Shown: piece by piece, positions 15,676 to 26,461 of the stretch
Layout of the letters: each line of letters opens with the position of its first letter
How positions within the stretch are numbered: the stretch's first letter is position 1
Assembly (NCBI GenBank): GCA_964016885.1
Contig: OZ024742.1
Location: 17,546,001 to 17,610,000 of the forward strand
Source of the DNA: Eledone cirrhosa
Lineage: Eukaryota
Direction: 5' to 3'
Length of the DNA: 64,000 bases
The notes under the pieces: model-generated
Told to the model about the DNA's origin: nothing
The model's input: the letters and a program-made list of their open reading frames with translations, nothing else
Database searches by the model: none
Program-made: the position numbers and the translations under genes

Positions 15676-17270
15676 CGTTTAGCTGAAGCATAATATTAGG
15701 TAAAAAACATGAGCACACTTGAAACACGGGATTGTGATATGATTGGCTGTCGTTAAATTATGAATCAATTGAGTTCAATACACGACAGTATATTTTAGCA
15801 ATACCATTCTAGATAGTTAAGTTGTACCTAAGATGCAGCTTTGAAATTTGCATTATAATATCTGATCCGAGATTAGGTATGTTATATCTCTGAATAGGAA
15901 ACTTAGCATCTGGGATACAGTTCTCGCAATATTATATTAGACCTACCAACCTCTACAAACCCAAACGGGGAGCACCATGAAAAAACTGCCCCAAAACAAG
16001 GCAAAATTAGGCAAAATGGTGTGATTTTATATAATGAAAGCTATACCCATTTTCACAAGGGGATACATCTCTCACCCACCCCAACGTTGGTTGGAGATCT
16101 CCCCGTCGGAAGTGGAGAGTTGGAAGCTCTGATAATATATACGTATGAGCATTTCATATTCAAATAAATGAAAAACACAAACGTGCCAGCAGTCATAATT
16201 GGGCTTTGTAGTGAGTAGCAATTGATCAGATTAAAATATCTTGTGATGTACGTATAAGTTATGGGCTGGTATGAATATTCTGCCCTCAATGTACATGGCG
16301 GATACATATTCATGTTATGTACTTATTGGTTGGACAAATAATAACTACCTTCAAATCTCCAGTTCGAAACATAAATTCCGGGAACTTTAATCCATAATCT
16401 CGTATACGTTATTCTCAAACCATAATTCTGTCTTTTGTTCATAGAAAACCTTATTTCCTGCAATGCGCAGGATTTAATTCTAAGCTATTTTTCCTCGATA
16501 TTTACGCATCTATTGTAATTATTCGTCTGTTACGACAAAGAGATTACTCATACTTCATATTTAACTACAGAATATAGCTAAATGTTGAATTTTTTTTTTA
16601 ACGGATTTGTGGACAACTGTGCACACGAATGCTTTATTTGTGTTTCCTAACAAATCTATTGTCAATGTAGTATTGCTACAGCTTTCATTTCAATTCTTTT
16701 GTCACTTTAGATACTGTGACATAAACACGATTCAATTACTGAATTTGATATTGATATTTTATATTTATGAAATAATAAATCTCGGCTTATTAAGTCAGAG
16801 CAAACAATGCTTTCATTGATTCAATGATTAATATATGAACGTATGCAGCCTCGCATTGACGTTTTTTCTCATACAATCAGGAGCTCAAAATGAGATGGAA
16901 CAAATGCCGCCATCCAACGAAATACACTTTCCTGTGGGTACTAACAAGGAAGGTTCTGTGTGGTCAGACGACCTGCTAGTAATGACAATCGAAACTCCCT
17001 AAAATTCCACACTACCGTCTTGTAAACGAACAAATTCGCGAAACAATGTTATCCAAGATTCATAATCTATAAGAAGAGTGTGAGATATGGTCTGAACTCA
17101 TCAAAATATAAATTTAGTCTTTCAGAGTTGATTAGGGGTAATCAACAACAACAATACATGAGAGAGTGCCTTCTTTATGGGTTTGCCTGTATTGAAATTA
17201 CGCTGATCAATATCAATCGATCGACAAGATTCCAGACTTCATTCACTTAACGAATGGACTGGAGTTCGTC

Positions 17271-17423
17271 AAATGGTACCGAGGAAACAACGTTTCCATT
17301 GTCCTTTCCAGTTGCTAATACTATCTACCGGTGGTAAATCCAGGTAGAAAGAGCAACATGAAATAAAGTGTCTTGCTCAAGGACATAACGCATCACCCGG
17401 TCCAGGAATCGAACTCACAGCCT
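17271..17423 (-). mobile_element. Partial tRNA-derived SINE (same family as 18158-18350)
   Basis: Shares CCGAGGAAACAA.GTTTCCATTG...TGAAATAAAGTGTCTTG..CAAGGACATAACGCATC..CCGGT...GGAATCGAACTCACA with the 18158-18350 copy. The B box is present and the A-box head is missing. Confidence 0.7.
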
Positions 17424-18017
17424 ATTTTTAGGTGTGATCCTATAACAGTAAATATGCGAGAACGCAAACACTAGAATATCAGGATGTTTATCCATCAACA
17501 GTGAAGTTTACTCATTCTGTACTGAGATAGAAAATCTAATAGTTTATATATAGATTTTGCAAGTAATAGATATGTATGCTAAAGAAAGAAAGAACCACTC
17601 AAGTACTGGGGCTGGTTCTCCCTCTATATCGCTCTTTCAATCATCTTTCTCACATTCTGTCCTTCTCTGGAAGAAATCCGCTGTATTCAGACCTGTAGAG
17701 GAATGAGCTCCGACAAGCTTTAAATGCCCAAGAAATGCTGTATGTCAATACGGCGTCCCTACGACTGCCACGGAAGTTACGAGGCCATAAATTCATGGAG
17801 ATATTTTAAGATACTTCTATACGTACAGTGTGGGTTTGACGGGTTAATATTAATAAATAGCAGCACTAACAAAATGTGCTTCCGTCTAAAGTTCCATACG
17901 AAATCATATACAATGTTTTTATATATTAAACATAAATAATTTCAGTATAGATATTGTCTCGGTATTTGAGGCTTGGCGGGGATATTAATAATAATAATAA
18001 TAATCATAATATATATA

Positions 18018-18101
18018 TTCACAGAAGCGAAAACCAACCAAACAGTGAGTGTGTTCTGTTATTAATTCTGGCAATATTATTATACACAAATATGACCCTC
18101 C

Positions 18102-18103
<2 letters not shown>
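18018..18103 (+). mobile_element. Short inverted fragment of the Penelope pseudo-LTR/ORF start, ending in (TA)n
   Basis: ACAGAAGCGAAAACCAACCAAACAGTGAGTGTGTTCTGTTATTAATTCTGGCAATATT...ACACAAATATGACCCTCCCC is the reverse complement of about 22563-22650 and is followed directly by (TA)n at 18104-18135. Confidence 0.85.
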
Positions 18104-18138
<35 letters not shown>

Positions 18139-18157
18139 GACAGTCGATCCACTTTTG

Positions 18158-18350
18158 TCAAATCGGACCGAGGAAACAATGTTTCCATTGGTCTTTCCAA
18201 TTGCTAATACTATCTATCGGTCGCAACTCCAGGTAGGAGGAGACACGTGAAATAAAGTGTCTTGAACAAGGACATAACGCATCGCCCGGTTCGGGAATCG
18301 AACTCACAACCTCACGATTGTCAATCCAGTTCTCTAACCACTCAGCCACG
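18158..18350 (-). mobile_element. tRNA-derived SINE with a CORE-like central block
   Basis: The minus strand reads CGTGGCTGAGTGGTTAGAG (A box) ... GAGTTCGATTCCCG (B box) ... TTATGTCCTTGTTCAAGACACTTTATTTCAC (CORE-like). Confidence 0.8.
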
Positions 18351-19027
18351 GCGAGGAATTAGTTTTGCGAGGTTTTTTATATGAAATCGTGTGTCGAAAC
18401 AAATATTGTTATACTTGGGGAGGGTCATATTTGTGTAATATTGCCAGAATTAATAAGAGAACACACTCACCGTTTGGTTGGTTTTCGCTTTTCGCTTCTG
18501 TGTCTTTTATATCGGTAATCTAATTTATTCGGTCCTCAATGTTGCCATTGACTGACCATTTGTCAAAAATACAGATACAATATAGACACAAACACATATA
18601 TATAGTCTATCAAAGTTCTTTCGTTGCACATCTGCAACACGTCAGTGGTGCTATTGTTTCCTCCCGTTGCATTGTATTTTCTACGCCATCTTTATTTAGT
18701 CTGTTTATATATTTACTTATTTGTTTATTTTTTGTTGTCTTCTTTGCGCATGCGTTTGCGTGTGTGTATAGTGTTTTGTTTGATGTGTGTTCGTGATTGG
18801 GTGACTGTGTATTGGTTAATGTATTCTATCTTTACTCGTGTGTGTTTATATGTGTTTGTTGTTATTGTGCTTGTGTATGTATTTATTTATTTATAATTCT
18901 CTTAGTTCAGTGTTGTTTGTTTGGGTGTTGTTGTTATTCCATTCATTTTTTCTGTTTAGCCTTGGCGTTCTAATTTCTATTTCACTGGCCTCTCTGATTT
19001 GCCTATCTGCTGGGTCATTTCTATGTT
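18351..19027 (-). repeat. PLE pseudo-LTR (3' copy)
   Basis: Direct repeat of 22498-23195 with scattered substitutions. Confidence 0.92.
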
Positions 19028-22000
19028 TAGATATTATTATAATTTCTATGTTGTCTATGTTACCGTCGTTTTGTTGTCTGGCGTGTTCGTATAGTACTGA
19101 ACCGTTTTTTCGTCCTTTTAGTTCCCTCCAGTGTTGGTCTATCCTTTCACCTATGCTACGAGCTGTCTCGCCTATGTATGTTGTTGTCATGTTTCTGCAA
19201 CTACCCTCTGTACATCTTATGCTATAGACTACGTTTCTAGTTTTACAGTTTATCCGGGGGTTTACCTTACATATGATACATTTCATATTAGTACAGCAGT
19301 GGGTTTTCTTAAAGGATAAGTTTTGCTGATCAGGGATTTTATGGTGGTTCCTGGCTTTTTTACCACCTTAATCTTTAAGTGGGTCTTTCTCTGGGCCTCT
19401 CTAGACTGATTAGCTAATTTCCCTCCAGTGGTAGCGTCCACAAACATGACGCTCTGGTATCTATGGTTGTCGTACCATGAGGTGGCTTTCCCTATCTTAT
19501 GTCTAGCCCTATCTAAGCTATTCCATGATTTGCTCCTGTATAACGAGCAAATTCCTTTCATGTACAGTTCTACGAGGGTCTTATACTTCCCCGTGGTTTC
19601 TTCGTATACTCTGATTCTGTCTGTTTGGTTGTAGCCAGAGAACTGCATGCGGTTGATGAAGTGTTGGATGTGTCTTTCCATTTCTGTTGGGTCGCACATG
19701 CGGGACACGTTCTTCATCACTCGTACCAAGTCTGCGATCAGAATATTAAACTTAGCACTACTGGACATTGCTGAGTCTTTGAGTATCAGGTATTTGTAGG
19801 CCATGGGTTTAGCATAGTGTGAGTGGAGAATTTGGGCTCTCTCGCCTATAGTGTTAATCCAGAGTTCCGTGTCTAATACAGGTAGTCTATTGTTAGGGTG
19901 TTTGGAAGGGAAGTCGATAGTTACAGTTATACTCTGGTGTATGGAATTAGCTATCTGCTGGATGCTTTCCATCGTGCTACGTTCTAAATCAAACTTGTTA
20001 GTGCTCTCTTGTGGGGATGTTCTTATAGCTATATTGATATCGTCTACGTAACGAGAGTACATGATGAGGTCTATGGAGCTCTCATCAAAGAGATATTTAA
20101 GTCTCCTTTCCCACCATACCATAAAAAGGTTGGCAACGTCACCAGCTATGCTGACGCCAATGGCTGCACCCTCATTTTGGGTGTAGATCTTCTCGTTGAA
20201 CTTGAATATGTGGCCCTTTAGGGTAGTTTTGATACTAGCCCCTATTGCATGTGCGACCATTTTTCTTACCTGATCATTGTTTTGGGGGGTCCGTATAGCT
20301 TTGGTCCACCCAATTCACCTTCCCATGGGAGTCTTTTTAGCCATTGAGGTTATGGTGGAGGGTCTACCTCTTATGGGTCTACTGGGGCAGAAACGTCTAA
20401 GGTCATGTCTGTCTAGGTAGTCAGTGTCGTAGGTAAGTCTAAGTAGGAGGCCCAGTTCGTCTGTGTCGACGATGCAGAGCTCCACCTCACTCTCAATGAT
20501 CATCTCCACACATTTTTCCACAGCAAAATCAATGTTAATGGATGGGTACAGTGATACCACATCCATGCTGCCTATTATGCAGTTGGATAGGTTCCTGTTT
20601 TTGTTGCACTCACTGATTCTGCTGAGGAGGTCCTCTGTACAGTCACATACATCTGGGGACATCTTCATTATGGCGCGTATAACCATTGAGAGGAAGTAGG
20701 AGATCCTGTAGTTGCTAGCTATATTTGCTCCGCATACGGGTCTTGTTGGTGGTCCTGTTGTCGGGTCGTCGACTGTCTTGTGGTCTTTGCGGAGCCCATA
20801 CAATGGTGGTATGACATTGTTAGACGCCTGGAAGTTGTTGGTAGTGCGTCTGCTTGGCTTTAGGATGTCGGTCCACATCATCATGTGTGCGTTCAGGATT
20901 TTCTCTCTCCCATCATGTATTTGCTGTGCAATTTCGCTTGTGTTGGTGATGTGGGGTTGCATAGCCTTGATGTAGTTCGGCATGCCGTCTATTGACATCC
21001 TACTAGACTTATCCGTGGGTAGACATACTACCTCACCATCCCTTGTGCGCTGCTTGAGGCTAACCAAGCCTTCTACAGGTTTCCTCCCAGTTGTTGGGCC
21101 TCTGGTCTGCTCTGTCTCTTAGTATATCGGTCTACTATTTGTCTAATCTTATTTCTAGCTATGGTGAACTGTGCCTATGTCTCGTCATCTATTTGCTGTG
21201 GTATGCAAACTCTTTTATTAAAGGGTAACCTCGTAGGATAGATCTTACCCATCTTATATGTTTTGTCAGCTGGGTTGAAGAATAGTTTCTCTAAGGGGTT
21301 GTCATTATATCTATCGTCATAGTTGCATGTGCTGTTATTATTGTTATTATGGTGGTTGTTGTTGTTCCTATCATTAGCATTATTATTATTGTTATGATTG
21401 CTAGATGTATTGTTGCTGTGATTGTTAGATGTATTGTTGTTGTTTTCTCCACCGTTATTGTTGTTATTACTGTTATTTCTACCATTGTGGTTGTTACTTT
21501 TATTATGTTTCTTGTTTTTGTTGTGTCTATCATTGATGTTGCTACATATATTATTTCCATTATTACCACTGTGGTTGTTGTTGTTATTATTCGTATTGTT
21601 ACCGTTATTACTACTGTGGTCGCTGCTGTTGCGTCTGTCGTTAATGTTTCTATTATTATTATTGTGGTTATTGTTGTTGTTGTTCTGTCTATCGTTAATA
21701 TTATTACCATTATTACTATTTCTCACTCTCCTGCTATTGTTATTGTTATGACTATTACTATTATAGCTGTTATTTCTATACTCAGAGTTATTGTTTATAT
21801 TACTACTACCGTTATTATTGTTGTTGTTGTTGTTTACTTTTGCATTCCAACGTATTTTTGTGAAACACTTTTCCAGCTCCGTTTTGCACTCGATAGGGTC
21901 TATCTTTTTGTAGATAGCAAATTTTGGTGGTAGCTGCAGGATTTGTTGTTCTTGTTCGCTGATTAAAGTGTTCCCATAAATATTTACTGTGTGGTCATTG

Positions 22001-22575
22001 GTAAATTCTTCCGGTAGTTTTACATCAGTCATACGGATATTGTTGATGTCATCTGGGTATTTTTGTGAATATTATATTTTTCTTTCTTCTAGTTTTTTCT
22101 TATTCATCCATTCTATTTTCTTATTGAAATGCCTATTGCATTCGTTTCGGGCGTATTTCGTTTCACGTCGAATGACGCCTATGAAGTTATCTCTCTCGTT
22201 TGGTGTGGTGAGATTTCGGACTTCCTTACCGTTAATGCGTTTCTGTCTGTAAAGTTCGTTAACTTTTGTGTAAGTTGTTCTTTTCATATTAACTGATATT
22301 GTGTGTTTTAGTCGTTCAGCTTGTGTTTTGTTCAATAATAAATTATTTACTTGTTTTGATATGTTTGTTGTGTATATTTTGGAGGAAACTCAGTGTTTTA
22401 AGAAGCGGATTTGTTCTGTTGTTGTTGTAGTTTTTATATAACAGAAAACAGAGTCTTTCAATAACCTTTCAGCTTGGCACAAGCTAATGCCATAACGGCG
22501 ATGAATTAGTTTTGCGAGGTTTTTGATATGAAATTGTGTGTCGAAACAAATATTGTTATACTTGGGGAGGGTCAT
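18891..22575 (-). pseudogene. PLE polyprotein (N-terminal domain, Asn-rich insert, reverse transcriptase, GIY-YIG endonuclease), broken by stops and frameshifts
   Basis: Motifs LYGLRKDHK, PTRPVCG, GSMDVVSLYPSI, QNEGAAIG, YSRYVDD, LPVLD, then CIICK...CKTRNVVYSIRC...YIGETARSIGERIDQH. Stops at 22390 (TGA), 22072 (TAA), 21175 (TAG) and 20315 (TGA); frameshifts near 21100 and 19285. Confidence 0.92.
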
Positions 22576-23195
22576 ATTTGTGTAATATTGCCAGAATTAA
22601 TAACAGAACACACTCACTGTTTGGTTGGTTTGCGCTTTTCGCTTCTGTGTCTTTTATATCGGTTAATTTAATTTATTCGGTCCTCAATGTTGCCATTGAC
22701 TGACCATTTGTCAAAAATGCAGATACAATATAGACACAAACACATATATATAGTCTATCAAAGTTCTTTCGTTGCACATCTACAACATCGTCACTGGTGC
22801 TATTGTTTCCTCCCATTGCATTGTATTTTCTACGCCATCTTTATTTAGTCTGTTTATATATTTACTTATTTGTTTTTTCTTTTTTGTCTTCTTTGCGCAT
22901 GCGTTTGCGTGTGTGTATAGTGTTTTGTTTGATGTGTGTTCGTGATTGGGTGACTGTGTATTGGTTAATGTATTCTATCTTTATTAGTGTGTGATTATAT
23001 GTGTTTGCTGTTATTGTGCTTGTGTATGTATTTATTTATTTATCTATTTATTTATTTATTTATACTTCTCTTAGGTTAGTGTTGTTTGTTTGGGTGTTGT
23101 TGTTATTCCATTCATTCTTTCTGTTTACCTTGGCCGTCTAAGTTCTATTTCACTGGCCTCTCTGATTTGCCTATCTGCTGGGTCATTTCTATGTT
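22498..23195 (-). repeat. PLE pseudo-LTR (5' copy)
   Basis: Direct repeat of 18351-19027. Contains the ATG at 22575 and a copy of the end of the GIY-YIG coding region. Confidence 0.92.
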
Positions 23196-23239
23196 ATTAA
23201 TTATGGCAATATTACACAAATATGACCCTCCCCAAGTAT

Positions 23240-23246
<7 letters not shown>
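23192..23246 (+). repeat. Inverted terminal fragment of the PLE, ending in (TA)n
   Basis: TGTTATTAATTATGGCAATATTACACAAATATGACCCTCCCCAAGTATAACAATA is the reverse complement of about 22551-22605. It is joined through TGTT microhomology and runs into (TA)n. Confidence 0.88.
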
Positions 23247-23313
<67 letters not shown>

Positions 23314-23351
23314 ACGTATGTATGCGCGTGTGTATGTATTTATGTGTGTGT

Positions 23352-23409
<58 letters not shown>

Positions 23410-23433
23410 ATCTATGTATGTATGTATGTATGT
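23245..23433. repeat. Compound microsatellite (TA)n/(TG)n/(TATG)n
   Basis: Directly visible. Confidence 0.97.
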
Positions 23434-23608
23434 AGTGCGACGTTTCTTTACGAAGTATTTACAATGATGTTCGTTCGTTGAATCTCCTGCTGTACATACT
23501 TTTCTTTAAAAGATATTATCCTTATTATTATTATTAAAAACAACAAAACTATATGTATTAAAACAAACTATTTTTTGTTTGTCATTCTTTTCAGTGCAGT
23601 TGCTGATG

Positions 23609-23708
23609 CTCTTCTTCTTCTTCTTCTTCTTCTTCTTCTTCTTCTTCTTCTTCTTCTTCTTCTTCTTCTTCTTCTTCTTCTTCTTCTTCTTCTTCTTCTT
23701 CTTCTTCT
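23609..23708. repeat. (CTT)n microsatellite
   Basis: Directly visible, about 33 units. Confidence 0.98.
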
Positions 23709-23957
23709 ACTTCGTCTCCGTCGTCTTCTTCTTATTCCTGTTTTGACAGTTCCAGTTGTAATCCTGCTTTAGTATGTCTTAATCTTGTTGAACTTCTGAC
23801 AAAATTGTTACATAGGGAGCGCCACCTATGGGAGTGTCGTAAAATATATAACGAGATTTTTACACGTCAATCTATGCCATCAATTCTCAGCTAACATAGG
23901 AATTTAATCAGTGCAGTTTTCATTATCGATTCAACATATGTATGTGTGCTTGTATAC

Positions 23958-24071
<114 letters not shown>

Positions 24072-24208
24072 TAGAAAGTGAGGTTTTTTTTACAAAATGA
24101 AAAATAACCGAGCTGTCCTACACGAGTGAAAGTATGAAGAAAAAGGGATGAAATCGAAAATGCAACTGGAGTCTTATTTTTTTTTTAAATATATATATTT
24201 ATTTGGTT

Positions 24209-24246
24209 CCTTTACCGGTTTCGCAGTTCTTCTGCTTTTCAAAAGG
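24209..24246 (-). ncRNA. Mirror copy of the same hammerhead motif in the left arm of the palindrome
   Basis: Exact reverse complement of 24319-24356. Confidence 0.75.
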
Positions 24247-24318
24247 TGAGTTGAGATGGAGGGTCTGTGGTTTTTCTCATATCTGTGAGAAAAACCACAG
24301 ACCCTCCATCTCAACTCA

Positions 24319-24356
24319 CCTTTTGAAAAGCAGAAGAACTGCGAAACCGGTAAAGG
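24319..24356 (+). ncRNA. Minimal type I hammerhead ribozyme motif, U3-A8 core variant
   Basis: CCTT-TTGAAAA-GCAG-AAGAA-CTGC-GAAA-CCGG-TA/AAGG. Stem I CCUU/AAGG, stem II GCAG/CUGC, palindromic loop III CCGG, GUA cleavage triplet (manual fold). Confidence 0.75.
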
Positions 24357-24443
24357 AACCAAATAAATATATATATTTTTTAAAAAAATAAGACTCCAGT
24401 TGCATTTTCGATTTCATCTCTTTTTCTATATATATATATATAT

Positions 24444-24487
24444 ATATGTAAGCCATGTGCAACCACGCAGTATTCTTCTTTCTTCTC

Positions 24488-24529
<42 letters not shown>

Positions 24530-24573
24530 GAGAAGAAAGAAGAATACTGCGCGGTTGCACATGGGTTACATAT
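24444..24573. repeat. Palindrome with (TA)n at its centre
   Basis: ATATGTAAGCCATGTGCAACCACGCAGTATTCTTCTTTCTTCTCATGTTTT, then (AT)n, then its reverse complement with two mismatches. Confidence 0.95.
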
Positions 24574-24700
24574 GATAAAAAAGTCCTTCGTCAGTGATTT
24601 TCCAACCATCATTGGTATTACATCGCATTAAAAATCAGATACCTCAGGTTGGTGCGAGCAATAACTAAAAAAAGTTATTGGGACCAGAATTCGCGTAAGG
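24574..24700. repeat. Interspersed repeat fragment related to 63770-63875
   Basis: TCCTTCGTCAGT...ATCATTGGTATTACATCGC...GCGAGCAATAACTAAAAAAAGTTATTGGGA aligns by eye with TCCATCGTCAGT...ATCATAGGTATTTCTTCGC...GCGAACAATAACTAAAATAAGTTATTGGGA. Confidence 0.6.
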
Positions 24701-25011
24701 CGAGGGGGACAAGTAAACAACATAGAAGGATAAAAGCAAACCGAAGATAGGAAAATAAACAAGCAACATGGTTGTCCGGTCAGCATAAGCTGGGTTTGTT
24801 TCATGCGCGAGAGAGGTACAGACCGTGTTGATGTGTGTGAGATGTGAGCAAGAAGAGACCCGCATAAGCCAAACGGGAGGAAGTGAGAAGGGGAGAAACA
24901 GAGAGTGAGTGAGGAAGAGGTCAGTCGAGAGAAAGTGTAACTGACAGAGGGGGCGAAAGAAGGTGAGAGAAACAGAGAGAGAGAGCGGGGAAGCAGTAAG
25001 AGAGAAATATA

Positions 25012-25169
<158 letters not shown>

Positions 25170-25170
<1 letters not shown>

Positions 25171-25298
25171 ACAAAGGAATTGTGGTAAGGAACCAAATGA
25201 CCATAACGCACCAGAGTACTGAATACTTAGGGTAGTAGAGTGGGAAATAGGGAAAAGTATGACCCCGACGGCAGAGCTCGAGCGGAGTCATACTTTTT

Positions 25299-25300
<2 letters not shown>
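25170..25300 (-). mobile_element. Short copy of the hammerhead-tail element (family of 26460-26740) with a small fold-back, lying between two (TA)n tracts
   Basis: AACAAAGGAATTGTGGTAAGGAACC...GACCCCGACGGCAGAGCTC matches 26460-26570. It ends in GAGTCATACTTTTTCC, which is inverted relative to GGAAAAGTATGACCC. Confidence 0.85.
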
Positions 25301-25391
<91 letters not shown>

Positions 25392-25428
25392 AGAGAGAGA
25401 GAGAGAGTAAGAGAGAGAGAGAGAGAGA
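25301..25428. repeat. (TA)n(GA)n microsatellite
   Basis: Directly visible. Confidence 0.98.
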
Positions 25429-25896
25429 CCCAACGACTAAGCTGTTGCCGTTTCATCAGTTAGTTCCAGACGTGAATTAGCTGTTGAAACGGCAATAGTT
25501 CATTATATATATAAATATATATATATATATATTACTTCTATGTGTATATATTTCAATCCTTAGTCCCTGAGTCTGTATGTACGTTAACTCTATTATCTTA
25601 CAATTTCTTTTTTCAACATATATTATATAGGTTATTGTGGTCACACATACACTGATATGCTTGCCCTCATATATGTACTTACGCACACATTTGTTCACTA
25701 TACACATACATTTGTACATACACACATATGTATATTTGTGAGTGAATATACACGCATTTATACACATACCCTTACTATATTTCTTAATTTTATATTTATA
25801 TATCTCTTGCATTACTTTTATTTATATATTTTTTTGCCTGTTAAACTGTTGCCTTTCTTGAGGAGATTTATCAAATATTTCACTGTTTTAAATTGC

Positions 25897-25970
25897 CTTG
25901 TCTGACGAACGAATGAGGACATTTCTTATATTCGGCTTATTCGGGAAACCTCTGGTAATGAGGTAATTAT
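25897..25970 (+). ncRNA. Hammerhead-like motif, partly degenerate
   Basis: CTGACGA (25902-08), stem II CGAATGAG/CTTATTCG, GAAA (25945-48), stem III CCTC/GAGG, GTA triplet. The 10.1-11.1 pair is an A-G mismatch and stem I is weak. Confidence 0.5.
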
Positions 25971-26067
25971 ATTGTATTGTTTATTATACATTAAATTTAG
26001 CTCTAGTACTTACATAGAGCACTCTTCACTCCTATGACTTTTTCAATTTTCAACGGAAACTTCAATA

Positions 26068-26109
<42 letters not shown>

Positions 26110-26112
26110 TTG

Positions 26113-26383
26113 TTATTAAATAAATGGAAGCTATATTTATAAAACCATATTTATTCTATTATATACATTTCAAGGGTACCAAAACTTTGGCACGCTATCA
26201 TCAGACAAAATACGAAGTGTGTTTTATAAATCTTGACACAACCAATATTTTGACACAACCAATATTTAATATCATTTAATATCATAGAATATTATACTCC
26301 AGAAAAAACTGTCGAGTGCTCTTAATCAGTTATAAACATTTATGTTTGTTGAATTACCAACAAATTGAATATCCCTTCTGCTT
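26113..26383. mobile_element. Internally inverted copy of the element at 63441-63655, flanked by (TA)n
   Basis: 26121-26231 is a direct copy of 63542-63652, while 26276-26383 is the reverse complement of 63440-63541. Confidence 0.85.
26152..26212 (-). ncRNA. Degenerate copy of the hammerhead at 63573-63633
   Basis: Minus strand TATTTTGT-CTGATGA-TAGCGTGCCAAAGTTTTGGTACCCTT-GAAA-TGTATA-TA/ATAGAATA. The 10.1-11.1 pair is U-U. Confidence 0.55.
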
Positions 26384-26404
26384 ATATATATATATATGTA
26401 TTCT

Positions 26405-26459
<55 letters not shown>

Positions 26460-26461
<2 letters not shown>

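Larger units (their letters stand above)
18351..23195 (-). mobile_element. Penelope-like retroelement (PLE), near full length, decayed, with pseudo-LTRs
   Basis: RT and C-terminal GIY-YIG coding fragments lie between ~0.7-kb direct repeats (18351-19027 and 22498-23195). The repeats contain both the ORF end and the ORF start, the partial-tandem structure typical of PLEs. Confidence 0.93.
24138..24427. repeat. ~290-bp near-perfect palindrome (arms ~140 bp, ~6-nt loop)
   Basis: The left arm AGAAAAAGGGATGAAATCG...GGTTTTTCTCA mirrors the right arm TGAGAAAAACC...CGATTTCATCTCTTTTTCT. Near-identical ORFs are called on both strands. Confidence 0.97.

Noticed and set aside
21291-21933. Overlapping poly-Thr/Ile, poly-Val and poly-Leu ORFs
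   Set aside because: They are shadow frames of the Asn-rich AAT/AAC tract.
20315-22392. In-frame TGA codons in the PLE ORF as possible selenocysteine
   Set aside because: The same ORF also has TAA and TAG stops and frameshifts, so ordinary decay is the simpler explanation. No SECIS was identified.
23795-23850. CTGACAA...CATAGG/CCTATG hairpin as a hammerhead
   Set aside because: The C3-A8 mismatch, absent GAAA and lack of stems I and III make it too degenerate to call.
24570-24600. Minus-strand CTGACGA shared with ~63777-63783
   Set aside because: No GAAA or closing stem II follows in either copy.
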